The notes under the pieces were generated by a model. The model ran no database searches, was not told the DNA's origin, and was given only the letters and a program-made list of their open reading frames with translations. 64,000 nucleotides of DNA from an uncultured Actinomycetes bacterium (lineage in GTDB: Bacteria > Chloroflexota > Dormibacteria > Aeolococcales > Aeolococcaceae), in NCBI GenBank assembly GCA_964499205.1, contig CAZCJX010000005.1:1205-65204 (forward strand). The letters are read 5' to 3'. Shown piece by piece: positions 46,723 through 56,907 of this stretch (position 1 is the first letter of the stretch; each line of letters opens with the position of its first letter). Position numbers and translations under genes: made by a program.

Positions 46723-47154
46723 ATGCGCCTGCTCCTAGACACCAACGTACTGGTGTCGGCCCTGCACTTTGAAAGCTCGAATCCGAGGAAGGCGCTGGAG
46801 CTCGTCCTGCACGGACAGCATCGCCTCGTGATCAGCCCGGCGCTCCTCACCGAGTTGGAGGAAGTCTTGGTCGAGGTCTGCGACTGGGAGCCGTCACAGG
46901 CGCGTGCTGCGCGTCTTCTGGTTGAAGACGTCGCTGATGTCGTGCCGCCCCTGAACAGGCCTTCGATCTGCCGTGATCCGGACGACAACGAGGTCCTCGC
47001 GGTCGCCCATTGGGGACAGGTGAACACCATCGTGACTGGAGACAAGGATCTGCTTACTCTGGGTCAGTACGCAGACGCGCAGATACTGCAGCCAGGCGCT
47101 TTTCTGGATTACCTAGAGGACAGCGAGAAGACAACGACCCAACCCGACCGCTGA
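46723..47154 (+). CDS. PIN-domain toxin (VapC-like)
   Basis: LLDTNVLVSA, CRDPDDNEVL, IVTGDKDLL. Confidence 0.9.
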   Translation: MRLLLDTNVLVSALHFESSNPRKALELVLHGQHRLVISPALLTELEEVLVEVCDWEPSQARAARLLVEDVADVVPPLNRPSICRDPDDNEVLAVAHWGQVNTIVTGDKDLLTLGQYADAQILQPGAFLDYLEDSEKTTTQPDR

Positions 47155-47172
47155 ACAGGACCGGAAATCGGC

Positions 47173-48027
47173 TCAGCGGCGTGGGCCCGTCGCGGGCTCC
47201 GGCGAGGGCGCGCTGTCGGGCGCTGTGGGCTGGGTGGCCGGAGGCGCGCTGCCATCGGGGCCCGACGGACGGGTGCGCATCTCCAGCAGCGGCTGCAGCA
47301 GGTCGATGGGCATGGGGAAGATGATCACGGAGTTGTGCTCGACGCCGATCTCGGTGAGCGTCTGCAGATAGCGAAGCTGCAGGGCGCTCGGTTGGGCAGC
47401 GATCACCGTGGCGGCTTCGGTGAGCTGCTTGGCGGCGACGAACTCGCCTTCGGCGTGGATGATCTTGGCCCGCTTCTCGCGCTCGGCCTCGGCCTGCTTG
47501 GCCATCGCCCGCTGCATCGTGGGCGGCAGCTCGACATCCTTGATCTCCACCGTCGAAACCTTGATCCCCCACGGTTCGGTCTGCTCGTCGATGATGCGCT
47601 GCAGCTTCGCGTTGATCTGTTCGCGATTGGCCAGCAGCTCGTCCAGCGACGACTGTCCGAGCACACTGCGCAGCGTCGTCTGCGCGATCTGGGAGGTCGC
47701 GCTGACGTAGTTCACCACCTTCACGACCGCACTGTTGGCGTCCACGACGCGGAAGTAGTTGACGGCGCTGACCTTGACGGTGACGTTGTCGAGGGTGATG
47801 ACCTCCTGCTGCGGAACCTCCAGGGTGACGGTTCGAAGGTCGACCTTGACGAGTCGGTCGATGCCGAAGGGGATGATCAGCCGCAGTCCGGGCCCCTTCA
47901 GGTCCATGAGTCGTCCGAGTCGGAACATGACCCCCCGTTGGTACTCGGTGATGATCCGGACGGACGCGGCGAGCGCGATCAATCCCAGGAAGACGAGCAC
48001 CACCACGACCGTCAATGCGGCAACCAT
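47173..48027 (-). CDS. Slipin/stomatin (SPFH) protein
   Basis: [44 protein letters not shown]. Confidence 0.93.
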   Translation of the reverse strand: MVAALTVVVVLVFLGLIALAASVRIITEYQRGVMFRLGRLMDLKGPGLRLIIPFGIDRLVKVDLRTVTLEVPQQEVITLDNVTVKVSAVNYFRVVDANSAVVKVVNYVSATSQIAQTTLRSVLGQSSLDELLANREQINAKLQRIIDEQTEPWGIKVSTVEIKDVELPPTMQRAMAKQAEAEREKRAKIIHAEGEFVAAKQLTEAATVIAAQPSALQLRYLQTLTEIGVEHNSVIIFPMPIDLLQPLLEMRTRPSGPDGSAPPATQPTAPDSAPSPEPATGPRR

Positions 48028-49475
48028 GAGGTTCTCCTTTTCAGCGACCACCGTCGCAGGCCGTTCGGGGTCCTCCGCGACACCTCGTCGCCGGCGGCGG
48101 TGGCGGTGATGCCGGCTGGCTCGACCTGCAGGGTCAGCCCGTCAATGCGCACAACGCGCACCGACGCGCCGGGTTCCAGCATTCCCGCCCTGAACCTCGC
48201 CCGCCACAGCGCACCGTCGACGAACACCAGGCCCTCCGGTGCAAGCGCCTCCCGCACCGTGCCGGTGGCGCCGACGAGCTCCTCGGGGCCGATGGCGACG
48301 GGACGATGCCGGGCGGCGACGACCTTGCGAACGACGTAGCCGAAGCACGCGGCCAGGGCCAGGGTGGTCCCGAAGATCACCCCCCGGTTGACGCCCTCGT
48401 CGAGCATGCCGGTGTCGATGAGGAGCATGCCGCCGAGGGCCATGGCGATGATGCCGCCGACGGTGAGCGCTCCGTGTGTGGGGGCCTTGATGTCGACGAC
48501 GAAGAGCGCGATGGCGAGCACGATGAGCAGGATGCCCGCGAGGGTGACGGGCAGATTGGCGAAGCTCATGAAGGCGAGGATCGCCGCGACCGCGCCGACG
48601 ACCCCGGGCACGACGAGACCCGGGTGCGCGATCCAGACGCCGATGGTGACGATGGCCAGCAGCAGCAGCAGGTAGGCCACGGTAGGGTCGGCTGCGGTCT
48701 GCAGCAGCGAATCGAAGCCGGCCAGGTCGATGCGCTCCACCGCGGCGCCTGCCGTGTGCAGGCTGTAGGTGTGGCCCTGCTTGACCACCTGCTTCCCGTC
48801 GAGCGCGGTGAGCAGGGTGCCGAGGTCGCGGCTCTGGAGGTCGACGACCTTGAGCTGAACGGCGACGTCAGCTGGCACGTTGACGCTCTGGCGCACCGCC
48901 TGCTCGGCCCAGTCGGCGTTGTGCTGATGCAGAGTCGCCAGCGCCCGGATGTAGGCGACCGCGTCGTTCTCCACCTTCTGGCTGAGCACGTCCTGGTTAG
49001 CCGCGCCGGGCGTCGCCGAGGCCTGCGGCGCAAGGTTCGCCCCACCGATATCGGCCGGGTGCGCCGACCCGATGTTGGTGCCGGGCGCCATCGCGGCGAT
49101 GTCGGCAGCCTCGGTGACGAACAGCCCGGCCGACGCTGCGCGCGCACCGGACGGAGAGACGTAGACGACCACCGGCAGCGGGGCCGACAGGATGCGCTGG
49201 TTGATGCTCCTCATCGACGTGTCGAGGCCGCCGGGGGTGTCGAGCGCGATGATCAGTGCGTTGGCGCCGTCTCTCGTCGCCTGGTCGACGGCTCGACCGA
49301 CGTACGCGTCGGTGATCGGGTCGATCTCGCCCTTGAGGGTGGCCAGCAGGACGTGCTCACCGGCTCCATGCACCGAGCGCGGCGGCCCGGCCGCCAGGAG
49401 ACCGGCGCCGAAGAGGCAAAGGGCCAGCCCGGCACACCGTGCCGCGATCCGACCCCACCGGACCCGTGGTGCCAT
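48012..49475 (-). CDS. nfeD: NfeD long form (ClpP-like protease + TM + OB domain)
   Basis: [36 protein letters not shown]. Confidence 0.9.
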   Translation of the reverse strand: MAPRVRWGRIAARCAGLALCLFGAGLLAAGPPRSVHGAGEHVLLATLKGEIDPITDAYVGRAVDQATRDGANALIIALDTPGGLDTSMRSINQRILSAPLPVVVYVSPSGARAASAGLFVTEAADIAAMAPGTNIGSAHPADIGGANLAPQASATPGAANQDVLSQKVENDAVAYIRALATLHQHNADWAEQAVRQSVNVPADVAVQLKVVDLQSRDLGTLLTALDGKQVVKQGHTYSLHTAGAAVERIDLAGFDSLLQTAADPTVAYLLLLLAIVTIGVWIAHPGLVVPGVVGAVAAILAFMSFANLPVTLAGILLIVLAIALFVVDIKAPTHGALTVGGIIAMALGGMLLIDTGMLDEGVNRGVIFGTTLALAACFGYVVRKVVAARHRPVAIGPEELVGATGTVREALAPEGLVFVDGALWRARFRAGMLEPGASVRVVRIDGLTLQVEPAGITATAAGDEVSRRTPNGLRRWSLKRRTSWLPH

Positions 49476-49562
49476 CGTCCGTCTCCGCCCTGGTCAGCCA
49501 GGTCTCAGCGTACGCCTCCGCGGGCGGCACGCGAGGAGCCCGGCGAGGGCGGCGGCTCACCC

Positions 49563-50165
49563 TCAGGCCCTTGCGACGCCGCGAGAATCCCATCGGCGTC
49601 CGACCTGGCGCATCAGTGCCGGGTAGACGATGAGGTGGCGGAAAGGCTGGATGAGCATCAGGTAAGCCTGGCCCAGCAGCCCGCGGGGCTTGACGTAGAC
49701 CGCCATCTGCGCGCGATAACGGCCATCGCCTTGCTCGACCCATGCAAGGTGCAGAACGCCGTGCACGGTGGCGTTGGATATCTCGGCAGCCCACTCGTCG
49801 TCGGTGCGATACAGGGGGACAAAGCCGCCTTCGGCTCGCAACATCGCGTCGCTGCTCGCGGGACTCTGGGCGCTACCTCGAAGATGGTCGGGAAGGCGAG
49901 CACGCAGCGTGGTTTCGGTGCAGCCGGGGATGGGACGTTTACGGGTGGCATCGTCCCAGCCGAACCAGGCCCCCAGGCGATAGCGCAACGCGAAGAGTGT
50001 GCGCGTGGCCGCTGAGTCCGATCTGGCGGGATCGAACGACTCGATCATTGCCAGGAACGAGGGGAAGTCGTCGCGAGTCCCGTGGACCGGCAGTGCCCAA
50101 ACGTCGAGCAGTTCGAAATCGCGCGCCATCTGCGCGATCACCCACCGGTGCGACTCATCTTTCAT
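49563..50165 (-). CDS. DUF2867 family protein
   Basis: DFELLDVWALP, EISNATVHGVLHLAW, YLMLIQPFRHLIVYP. Confidence 0.75.
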   Translation of the reverse strand: MKDESHRWVIAQMARDFELLDVWALPVHGTRDDFPSFLAMIESFDPARSDSAATRTLFALRYRLGAWFGWDDATRKRPIPGCTETTLRARLPDHLRGSAQSPASSDAMLRAEGGFVPLYRTDDEWAAEISNATVHGVLHLAWVEQGDGRYRAQMAVYVKPRGLLGQAYLMLIQPFRHLIVYPALMRQVGRRWDSRGVARA

Positions 50166-50566
50166 CTGGACGCCTTCCAGCACAGCACGGCGATCACCAC
50201 CCACAGCGACCACACCACCACAGCGGGTGGACGCAGCAGGTAGCGTGCGCGGTGCCGCCCGACCCAGAAGGCCAAGGCCGTCACAGCGAGGAACATCCCG
50301 GCAAGCCAGCGCAGCAACAGCGTCTTCGGATCGGCGGTCGCACCCCAGGCGAGCGTCATGAGCAGCGTGCCGAAGGCCAGGCAGAAGACGGTGATGATGT
50401 GCCACGTCACACGGACCATTCCCTCGGTCATCGACGGCGGCCCGAACGGCGTCGTCGGGAGTCGCTCCGCTGCAAGGCCGGGGAGGACCCAGGCCAGACC
50501 AACAGTCGCGTGGCCGAGCGCGAGACCCACGCAGATCAGCCCGGCGATCCCCAACCCGACGTTCAT
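50162..50566 (-). CDS. Four-TM hypothetical membrane protein
   Basis: ATGA-coupled on both sides; hydrophobic. Confidence 0.7.
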   Translation of the reverse strand: MNVGLGIAGLICVGLALGHATVGLAWVLPGLAAERLPTTPFGPPSMTEGMVRVTWHIITVFCLAFGTLLMTLAWGATADPKTLLLRWLAGMFLAVTALAFWVGRHRARYLLRPPAVVVWSLWVVIAVLCWKASR

Positions 50567-51141
50567 GCGCTTCCCTCCTTGTGTCCCCCCGCCCCGCGGC
50601 GGTCAGAACGAGACGATGGCCCTTCGATGGGGAGTGGCACCAGGGCGCGACGCAGAGGCTGTGGGGCGAACGGCTCACCCTGGCTGAATGCGCTTAGTCC
50701 GGCGTCGACGGCGGTGAAGAACTCGCGGAGTGCCGCCAGCCGCCGCACGCGAATGTCGTTCTGCCCGCGGCGCCTCCCGGCCGCCGCGATCGCGCGCTCC
50801 GTCTCCTCAGCAGCGGCCACCACCTGCCGGAGGTTCCAGCGAAACCGGCGTTCCATGATCTCCTGCATCACACGCCAGAAGTCGGTGGCGGCCTCGTAGT
50901 GATCCTTCCGTGATCCGGGAATGTGCAGCCGCCGCACCAGCTGCCAATCGACCAGTCCGCGCACGCTCACCGAGACATTGCTCTTGCTCTGCTGCAGTTC
51001 CTCGGTGATCTCGTCGAGGGACATCGGACCTTCGTGCATGTACAGCGCCGCGAAGATGCGTCCCTGCAGCTGGGTGAGGACGCCCGAGGTGGCAGCCGCA
51101 GCACCCATGCCCTCCACGAACAACGCCGTCACCCGGTCCAT
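50563..51141 (-). CDS. GbsR/MarR family regulator
   Basis: GRIFAALY...MSLDEITEELQQSKSNVS...PGSRKDHY. Confidence 0.85.
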   Translation of the reverse strand: MDRVTALFVEGMGAAAATSGVLTQLQGRIFAALYMHEGPMSLDEITEELQQSKSNVSVSVRGLVDWQLVRRLHIPGSRKDHYEAATDFWRVMQEIMERRFRWNLRQVVAAAEETERAIAAAGRRRGQNDIRVRRLAALREFFTAVDAGLSAFSQGEPFAPQPLRRALVPLPIEGPSSRSDRRGAGGHKEGSA

Positions 51142-51167
51142 CAGTTTCCTCGCCTGATTTCCTAACG

Positions 51168-51183
51168 TTCTGAGATTACAGAA
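51168..51183. promoter_or_regulatory. Probable autoregulatory operator
   Basis: TTCTG-N6-CAGAA inverted repeat in an AT-rich patch just upstream of the GbsR-like gene. Confidence 0.5.
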
Positions 51184-51230
51184 TATAGCAAACCAGCTCG
51201 GACGGGTGCGACCCGCGGGAGGGATGACGA

Positions 51231-51746
51231 TCAGGTGTCCGGACGCTGCTCCACCAGCTCGCCCGCCGCGCGGAGGGCCACTTCCCAACGCCACATCGGT
51301 CCCTCGTCGGGGTCGAGGAACTCGCCGACGTGGACGAACGCGCACCGGCGTAGCACCGTCGTGGACGCTGAGTCCCTTGGGAGGGTGTGGGCGACGACGA
51401 CGCGCACGCCAGCGCGGCGGGCGCGGCGGATCAGCACCTCGACGGCGGCGGTGGCGATGCCGCGCCCGCGCCGTGACGGGGCCACCGCGTAGCCGAGTTC
51501 GGCGACGCCGTTGACCGGAGCTCCCTTCCACCCGGCGGTCCCGACGAGGGCGCCATCGTCATCGAAGACGAGATGTGGTCGCCAGTCGGGCGGTGTGCCG
51601 TTGCGGAGCGCATGAAGCAGCATGGGAATCGTTTCGGGAACAACCGCCCAACCCGGTGCCACCTCGATGCCGAAGCGTTCGCGGATGGCGTCATCGCCGG
51701 CGGCAAGGGCTTCGGCCCACTCGCTGGTCACCGGCTCCAGTCGCAC
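51231..51746 (-). CDS. GNAT (RimJ-like) acetyltransferase
   Basis: AELGYAVAPSRRGRGIAT, AHTL. Confidence 0.85.
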   Translation of the reverse strand: MRLEPVTSEWAEALAAGDDAIRERFGIEVAPGWAVVPETIPMLLHALRNGTPPDWRPHLVFDDDGALVGTAGWKGAPVNGVAELGYAVAPSRRGRGIATAAVEVLIRRARRAGVRVVVAHTLPRDSASTTVLRRCAFVHVGEFLDPDEGPMWRWEVALRAAGELVEQRPDT

Positions 51747-51874
51747 AGCGTGGCGGAGTATGGCATGGCGGTGGTGCTGCGTCGAATCGGCCGCGCAGGC
51801 GCCCTTGACCGACGCCTGAACACGGCCCACCATCACCGCGAACGTCGAAGTGTCCTGAGCCCGGAGCACGGTCG

Positions 51875-53668
51875 GTGGTACCGCCAATTTGGGGGGCAGG
51901 AGTCACCCGTTTTGCGCGGTATCTGGCCTCACGGCCGCGACATGTGGTGGCCTTGGTGGCACTCGCCGTGGTGTTGCTGCCGCTCGCAGCGTGCACGTCG
52001 AACACCCCGACGGCGCCGGTGTATCTCCCGGTGACCCAGGCAGGCCAGATCACCTTCTACCTTTCGCTCCCCAGCTCGAAGGCAGCGCTCGCCACGTCAG
52101 CGGCCGCAGTGTCGACGCCGGGAACCTCGCAGTACCGCCACTTCAGCTCGTTGTCCGGCGCCGCCAGCCAGTACGGCGCCACCGACAAGCAGATCAACGC
52201 GGTGGCGGCATCGATCACGTCCCTCGGTCTGCAATTCGTCGCCGACCCCACGAGGTTGTTCGGGCGCGTGACCGGCACGACGCAGCAATGGCAGAAGGCA
52301 CTGGGAGGGACTCCGCTGTCCATGCGGGCGGCGACCGCTGCCAACCCATTCATCAGCTACACCCTCCCCGCCAACACGCCCGGCGCGCTGCAGCCGTCGG
52401 GCACCAGCCTGCTGCTGCCGCTGGCCCTGGTGTACGACCCCACGGCCGAGGGAAACCGGCCGCCCACCGGGAACCGTCCCACGCCGACGCCGACGTCCTT
52501 CAGAACCGTGCCGGCCGTGGCGACCCAGGCATGGCCGTTCAACACCGGCACCCCGCTGCTTGCCAACTGCTTGGCGCCGCTTTTGCAGCAGCGCCGCGTC
52601 TACGCCGAGCAGCAAGTTCAGACTGCGTATGGCATCAACACCCTGCAGGCGCACGCCGCCGGCACACCGGTGATCACCGTTGTCGACCTCGGCGGCGGTT
52701 GGCTGTCCGGCGACCTCAAGTTGGCCGGGCAGTGCTTCGGATACTCCCCGCCCAGCGTCAGCCAGAGCCAGGGCGACGGCGTGGCCAGCGCCATCGCCAA
52801 CGCCGACGACGAGACCTCGCTGGATCTCCAGACCGCTGCAGCGGTGGCGCCGCACGCGCAACTGCGCGTGGTGCAGAGCACCACCGCCGGCATGCTGGAC
52901 GCGTTCAGTCGAGCGGTCGGCGACAGTCGCGGCGCGCCGGACGTCATCTCCCTGTCCTACGGCGGCTGCGCGCTCGCCGAGAACCAGAACCTGCCCGCGT
53001 TCACCTCGGTGCTCGACGCCGTCCTGGCGATGATCGCGCTCACCGGCGTGTCCTCCTTCGTCGCCGCGGGCGACTCCGGATCGACCACCTGCGGGACCAG
53101 CGTGCCCGGAACCACGCTCTCCTATCCGGCGGTGTCGCCCTTCGTCACCGCGGTGGGCGGCACCCGGCTCGCTCTCGGCGCGGGCAACACCAGGGTCTCC
53201 GAGGTGGTCTGGAACGACTCGGTGTACGGGTCGAGTGCGGCCGGAGGCGGCGGCATCACCCGCGTTGAGCCGCGGCCGGCATACCAGAACGGCGTCAACC
53301 CGCAGAACCACCGCGCCGTCCCCGATGTCAGCGCCCTGGCCGACATCGTGCCCGGCTGGCCCGACGTCATCAAGTCGACACTGCAGACCGTCGGCGGAAC
53401 CAGCGGCTCGACGCCGTTGACCGCCGCCGCCACCGCGCTGGTGGACGCCGCACAGCGCAACGCCGGTCACCCCCGCATCGGACTGGCAAACGGCTGGTTC
53501 TACAAGGCCGCGTCGCAGGCGGCCTCGACCTTCTTCGACGTCACCCAGGGCAGCAACGATCTCGCCGGCGTGGGATGCTGCCAGGCCACCCCGGGCTACG
53601 ACCCGGCGAGTGGTATCGGCGTGCCCAACTGGGCCACCCTGCCGGCGACGCTGCCTGCGCCAGGCTGA
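51875..53668 (+). CDS. S53 sedolisin/kumamolisin-family peptidase, lipoprotein
   Basis: LPLAAC lipobox, ETSLD, SLSYG, AAGDSG, GGTSGSTP, GYDPASGIG; start uncertain. Confidence 0.88.
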   Translation: MVPPIWGAGVTRFARYLASRPRHVVALVALAVVLLPLAACTSNTPTAPVYLPVTQAGQITFYLSLPSSKAALATSAAAVSTPGTSQYRHFSSLSGAASQYGATDKQINAVAASITSLGLQFVADPTRLFGRVTGTTQQWQKALGGTPLSMRAATAANPFISYTLPANTPGALQPSGTSLLLPLALVYDPTAEGNRPPTGNRPTPTPTSFRTVPAVATQAWPFNTGTPLLANCLAPLLQQRRVYAEQQVQTAYGINTLQAHAAGTPVITVVDLGGGWLSGDLKLAGQCFGYSPPSVSQSQGDGVASAIANADDETSLDLQTAAAVAPHAQLRVVQSTTAGMLDAFSRAVGDSRGAPDVISLSYGGCALAENQNLPAFTSVLDAVLAMIALTGVSSFVAAGDSGSTTCGTSVPGTTLSYPAVSPFVTAVGGTRLALGAGNTRVSEVVWNDSVYGSSAAGGGGITRVEPRPAYQNGVNPQNHRAVPDVSALADIVPGWPDVIKSTLQTVGGTSGSTPLTAAATALVDAAQRNAGHPRIGLANGWFYKAASQAASTFFDVTQGSNDLAGVGCCQATPGYDPASGIGVPNWATLPATLPAPG

Positions 53669-53676
53669 TCCACCAC

Positions 53677-54390
53677 TCAGCGCACGACCGCCGAACCACG
53701 GAACCCAACGGCGGCAACGAGCAGGACAACGGCGACCCCGCCGAGCGGCAGCGCAGCGGCGGCGCGAGGAACGTCGAACGTCAGCACCGCCCCCACGAGC
53801 GCCCCAGCCAACATGCCGCCCAGGACGACCAGGCTGCGGGTGGGAAACCGCGCGCGCCGGCTGGCGATGCTGGCAACGAGCTGGGTCAGCATGCCGGTCC
53901 CGTACGTCGTCGAAATCCCCGGAATCCCCAACCCCAGCACGGCGCTGCTCTGGATTCCCAGCGCACCCGCGCTGACGCCGTTGAGCGCGTAGCCGGCTCC
54001 GCCCAGCGGCTGCCCGCCGGACGCCACCCACCACGCGGCGAACACAGCGAACAGCCCCAGCTCAACCGCCAAAGCCGTCGTGACCGAACGGGGCCACACC
54101 GATTCTCCACTCGCCGGGTGGCCGGCAACACGTGCGCCCACCCAAGCCCCCACGACATAGCCGCCGAGTGCGGCACCGGCGTGCAGCGCCAGCGAGCGGT
54201 CGCCCTTCCCGGCCGACACGCCGAGCAGCACCAGGTTCCCCGTCATCACGCTGGAGAACACTCCACCGAGGCGGACGAACCCGAGAGCATCCGTCGCACC
54301 CGAGGCGACCGCCAGCGCCACCGCGAGAACGTCGCGGATGCGCTCCGGCCGCGCCCGGACGTGGAGGGTCGCCATGCCGCGCTCGATCAT
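53677..54390 (-). CDS. YoaK/DUF1275 membrane protein
   Basis: GATDALGF, FSSVMTGNLV, LGIQS, STTYGTG. Confidence 0.85.
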   Translation of the reverse strand: MIERGMATLHVRARPERIRDVLAVALAVASGATDALGFVRLGGVFSSVMTGNLVLLGVSAGKGDRSLALHAGAALGGYVVGAWVGARVAGHPASGESVWPRSVTTALAVELGLFAVFAAWWVASGGQPLGGAGYALNGVSAGALGIQSSAVLGLGIPGISTTYGTGMLTQLVASIASRRARFPTRSLVVLGGMLAGALVGAVLTFDVPRAAAALPLGGVAVVLLVAAVGFRGSAVVR

Positions 54391-54647
54391 AGAGGCGGCG
54401 GCGGTAAAGACCCATGAAGGCGTGGGCGAGCGTGGAACGGGGAAAGCGCCGCCCTGCCGTAAAGCTCCGTTCGAATCCGTATGACGGCCGTGTCTCGGGC
54501 CCGCGTCGCCGGCCCGCAACGACCCTACACTCGCTGACGGTTCGGTCATGGCGCCGCGAGCCCCGACGCCATGGCGGCAACCGTGCAGAAACAGGGGATG
54601 GCGCCGGCTTCCGACAGTGACCGGATGGCGGCGCGACGGAGGCAGAG

Positions 54648-54851
54648 ATGGGACTGAACTCAGTCAGCTCGCGCACGCCTGCGAGCTTCAGCGCACGCGG
54701 CATCGACGCGCATGGCATCGTCGCCGGCCCGCGCATGCCGCTGCTGAGTCCCCGTCGCCGCGCCATGGTGCTGCTGGGCAGCGCCGTGCTGGGCGCCTCC
54801 ATCCTGGGCACTGTCGTCGGCCATCTGCTCTCGGCGCCGTCGCCGATCTGA
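54648..54851 (+). CDS. Small single-TM hypothetical protein
   Basis: GGAGG RBS; C-terminal hydrophobic helix. Confidence 0.45.
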   Translation: MGLNSVSSRTPASFSARGIDAHGIVAGPRMPLLSPRRRAMVLLGSAVLGASILGTVVGHLLSAPSPI

Positions 54852-54917
54852 GCTGCGGGACAGGGAAAACTCCGGCCGGAGCCGGCGTGCCGGGGGCACG
54901 CGAGGGGAAAGGGAAGG

Positions 54918-54950
54918 AAAAAGGGCCGGGCGCCTTGCGGTGCCCGGCCC
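54918..54950 (-). terminator. Intrinsic terminator
   Basis: GGGCCGGGCACC-GCAA-GGCGCCCGGCCC-TTTTT on the minus strand, downstream of 55007-56413. Confidence 0.8.
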
Positions 54951-55006
54951 CGAGAGGGGGGTCGTCAGACGTGGCGCTCCGGGACGAGCGCCGCGTCGGA
55001 AGGGAT

Positions 55007-56413
55007 CTAGCTCTGGCGGGTGAAGAACAGCGTCGTCCCCGACGATGCGTTGCCCGCGGTGTAGATGATGTTGGCCTTGCCGTTGTGATCGACCACCAGC
55101 TGGAAGAAGTCGAGCAGGCTGCGGTCGGTGCACAGCGAGCTGCCCGAGCCGCCGGTCTGGATGCAGCCGGTGTGGATGCCGGTCACCGCCGCCGACGGGG
55201 TGAAGCTCGGCGTTGCGGTGTTGGCACCGGTCACCTGCGCCCAGTCGACGTCCCACGACGCGCTGGAGCCGACCAGGTTGGGATCGCCGGTCGCCGAGCT
55301 GCCGTACCAGGCGACGTCGATGACGCCGGGCGAAACCACGTCGAGGGTGGGGAAGGTGGCGGTGTTGCTGGTGGTCGACAGCGTCACCGGGGTGCTCCAC
55401 GACGTGCCGTGGTTGCTGCTGTACGCGTACTTGACGACCACGCCGCCGGTGGCGACGCTGTTGCCGTTGGCGTCGGTCTTGATGTTCCTGCCCTCGGCCC
55501 AGGCGACGTACACCGTGCCGTTGCTGTCGACCTTCACCGGGGCGAAGTTGTACTCGGTGTCGAAGGCGCTGCCGGTGCTGCCGGTGCCGGGGATCGAGGT
55601 GTTGGTCCAGGTCAGCCCGCTGTTGCTGCTGATCCCGACACCAACGCCGCCGCCGTTGCTGCCGCCGTTCTGCTTGCTGTAGGTGACGTAGATGTTGCCA
55701 CCATTGGCAGAATTGTCGACGGCGACGCCACCCGGCGGGCAGACGCACTCACGCGCCGACGAGGTGCCGCCGACGCTGAGGCCGACGCTCACCGCCGTCT
55801 CGGGAATCACCGGGGTGGTCTGCCCCGGCAGGATGCCCAGCTGCGGCGCGGTCAGCGGCGCGCTCTTCTGCGCGTACAGCGCGGTCACGCCGTCCCACAC
55901 CATGTAGAGCGCGTTGTCCTTCTTGGAGTAGGCCAGCCAGGGGCGGTCGTCGCCCGGCGTGGTGTGGCCGTACTCGTTGGCGATGAAGCTGGCGCCGTGG
56001 TCGGTGGACACCGCCAGCGCCGAGTTCCCCAGCCAGAGGTCGGCCTGGTAGACGTCGTCGGCGGCGTCGATGGCCAGGTCGGTGTCGCCGCCGCTCACCG
56101 GGTCGCCGGTGGGAGCGACGCCGTTGTTCCAGGTGGAGCCGGCGTTGGTCGACGTCCACACCGGGCTGCCGCCGCCGGTGACGGTGCCCAGGCTCTGCGG
56201 CGCGGTGACGAACAGGCGTCCCGCGCTGTCGACGGCCAGGCTGGGCTCACCGAGCCCGCTGGAGTTGGGGATCGCCACCGGCGCGGTGAAGCCGGTGGCC
56301 ACCGAGCCGCCGCCACCCGCGGCCAGCGCGCTGCCGCCGAGCGCCGCGCCCAGGGTGATGGTGACCGTCGCGGCGGCGCCGAGTGTCCGGCGCTGCTTGG
56401 CAATGTGCTTCAT
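55007..56413 (-). CDS. Secreted Asp-box (BNR)/sialidase-like beta-propeller protein
   Basis: Signal peptide; repeated STNAGSTW, STDHGASF, SSNSGLTW, SSNHGTSW; DRPW. Confidence 0.8.
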   Translation of the reverse strand: MKHIAKQRRTLGAAATVTITLGAALGGSALAAGGGGSVATGFTAPVAIPNSSGLGEPSLAVDSAGRLFVTAPQSLGTVTGGGSPVWTSTNAGSTWNNGVAPTGDPVSGGDTDLAIDAADDVYQADLWLGNSALAVSTDHGASFIANEYGHTTPGDDRPWLAYSKKDNALYMVWDGVTALYAQKSAPLTAPQLGILPGQTTPVIPETAVSVGLSVGGTSSARECVCPPGGVAVDNSANGGNIYVTYSKQNGGSNGGGVGVGISSNSGLTWTNTSIPGTGSTGSAFDTEYNFAPVKVDSNGTVYVAWAEGRNIKTDANGNSVATGGVVVKYAYSSNHGTSWSTPVTLSTTSNTATFPTLDVVSPGVIDVAWYGSSATGDPNLVGSSASWDVDWAQVTGANTATPSFTPSAAVTGIHTGCIQTGGSGSSLCTDRSLLDFFQLVVDHNGKANIIYTAGNASSGTTLFFTRQS

Positions 56414-56772
56414 GAGGTGCTGACTCCTTCCTCGACCTCGAGATTCCGCCTCTCGGCATCATCCCCTGACGTGATGCCGACGAGTCCAGGACGTGCTCGC
56501 AATGTGTCGTTGCTGCATGAGCGATGCGCGCCGGACGTGCTCATTCTGCGGATCGGCACCGCGCTGCGCAACTCTCGACGCGAAGTTGCCCATATGTGTC
56601 AAGAACGCGGAGCTGATGCGTCCAGTTGGACGAAGGCCACGCAACACACGACTCTGCCGCGGCAATTGCGCCGACGATTGCGCGCGCGACTGCGCACCTG
56701 CTACTTAAGGGGACGCACCACGGCCGCAGCCCGGCCGACCGAAGCACCACCACCACCGTGGAGTCGTCATCC

Positions 56773-56901
56773 ATGCTCTCGGCCACGGCACCCAACCTGC
56801 TCTACGTCCTGGGCATCCCCGGCGGTTCGCTGCTGGTCTCGGTCCTGATCTGCTACGGGCTCTACGTGGTGTGGGGCCGCTTCGAGCACTCCAAGCACTA
56901 G
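56773..56901 (+). CDS. 42-aa single-TM protein
   Basis: MLSATAPNLLYVLGIPGGSLLVSVLICYGLYVVWGRFEHSKH; ends 6 bp before lhgO. Confidence 0.6.
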   Translation: MLSATAPNLLYVLGIPGGSLLVSVLICYGLYVVWGRFEHSKH

Positions 56902-56907
56902 CCCGCG

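Noticed and set aside
47173-49475. NfeD-SPFH pair as a novel system
   Set aside because: A well-described conserved operon.
54469-54479. GTTCGAATCCG matches the tRNA-Glu T-arm near the end of the second accessory block (possible old attR)
   Set aside because: Only 11 bp; the flanks do not continue the tRNA 3' end and no cloverleaf forms, so it cannot be told from chance.
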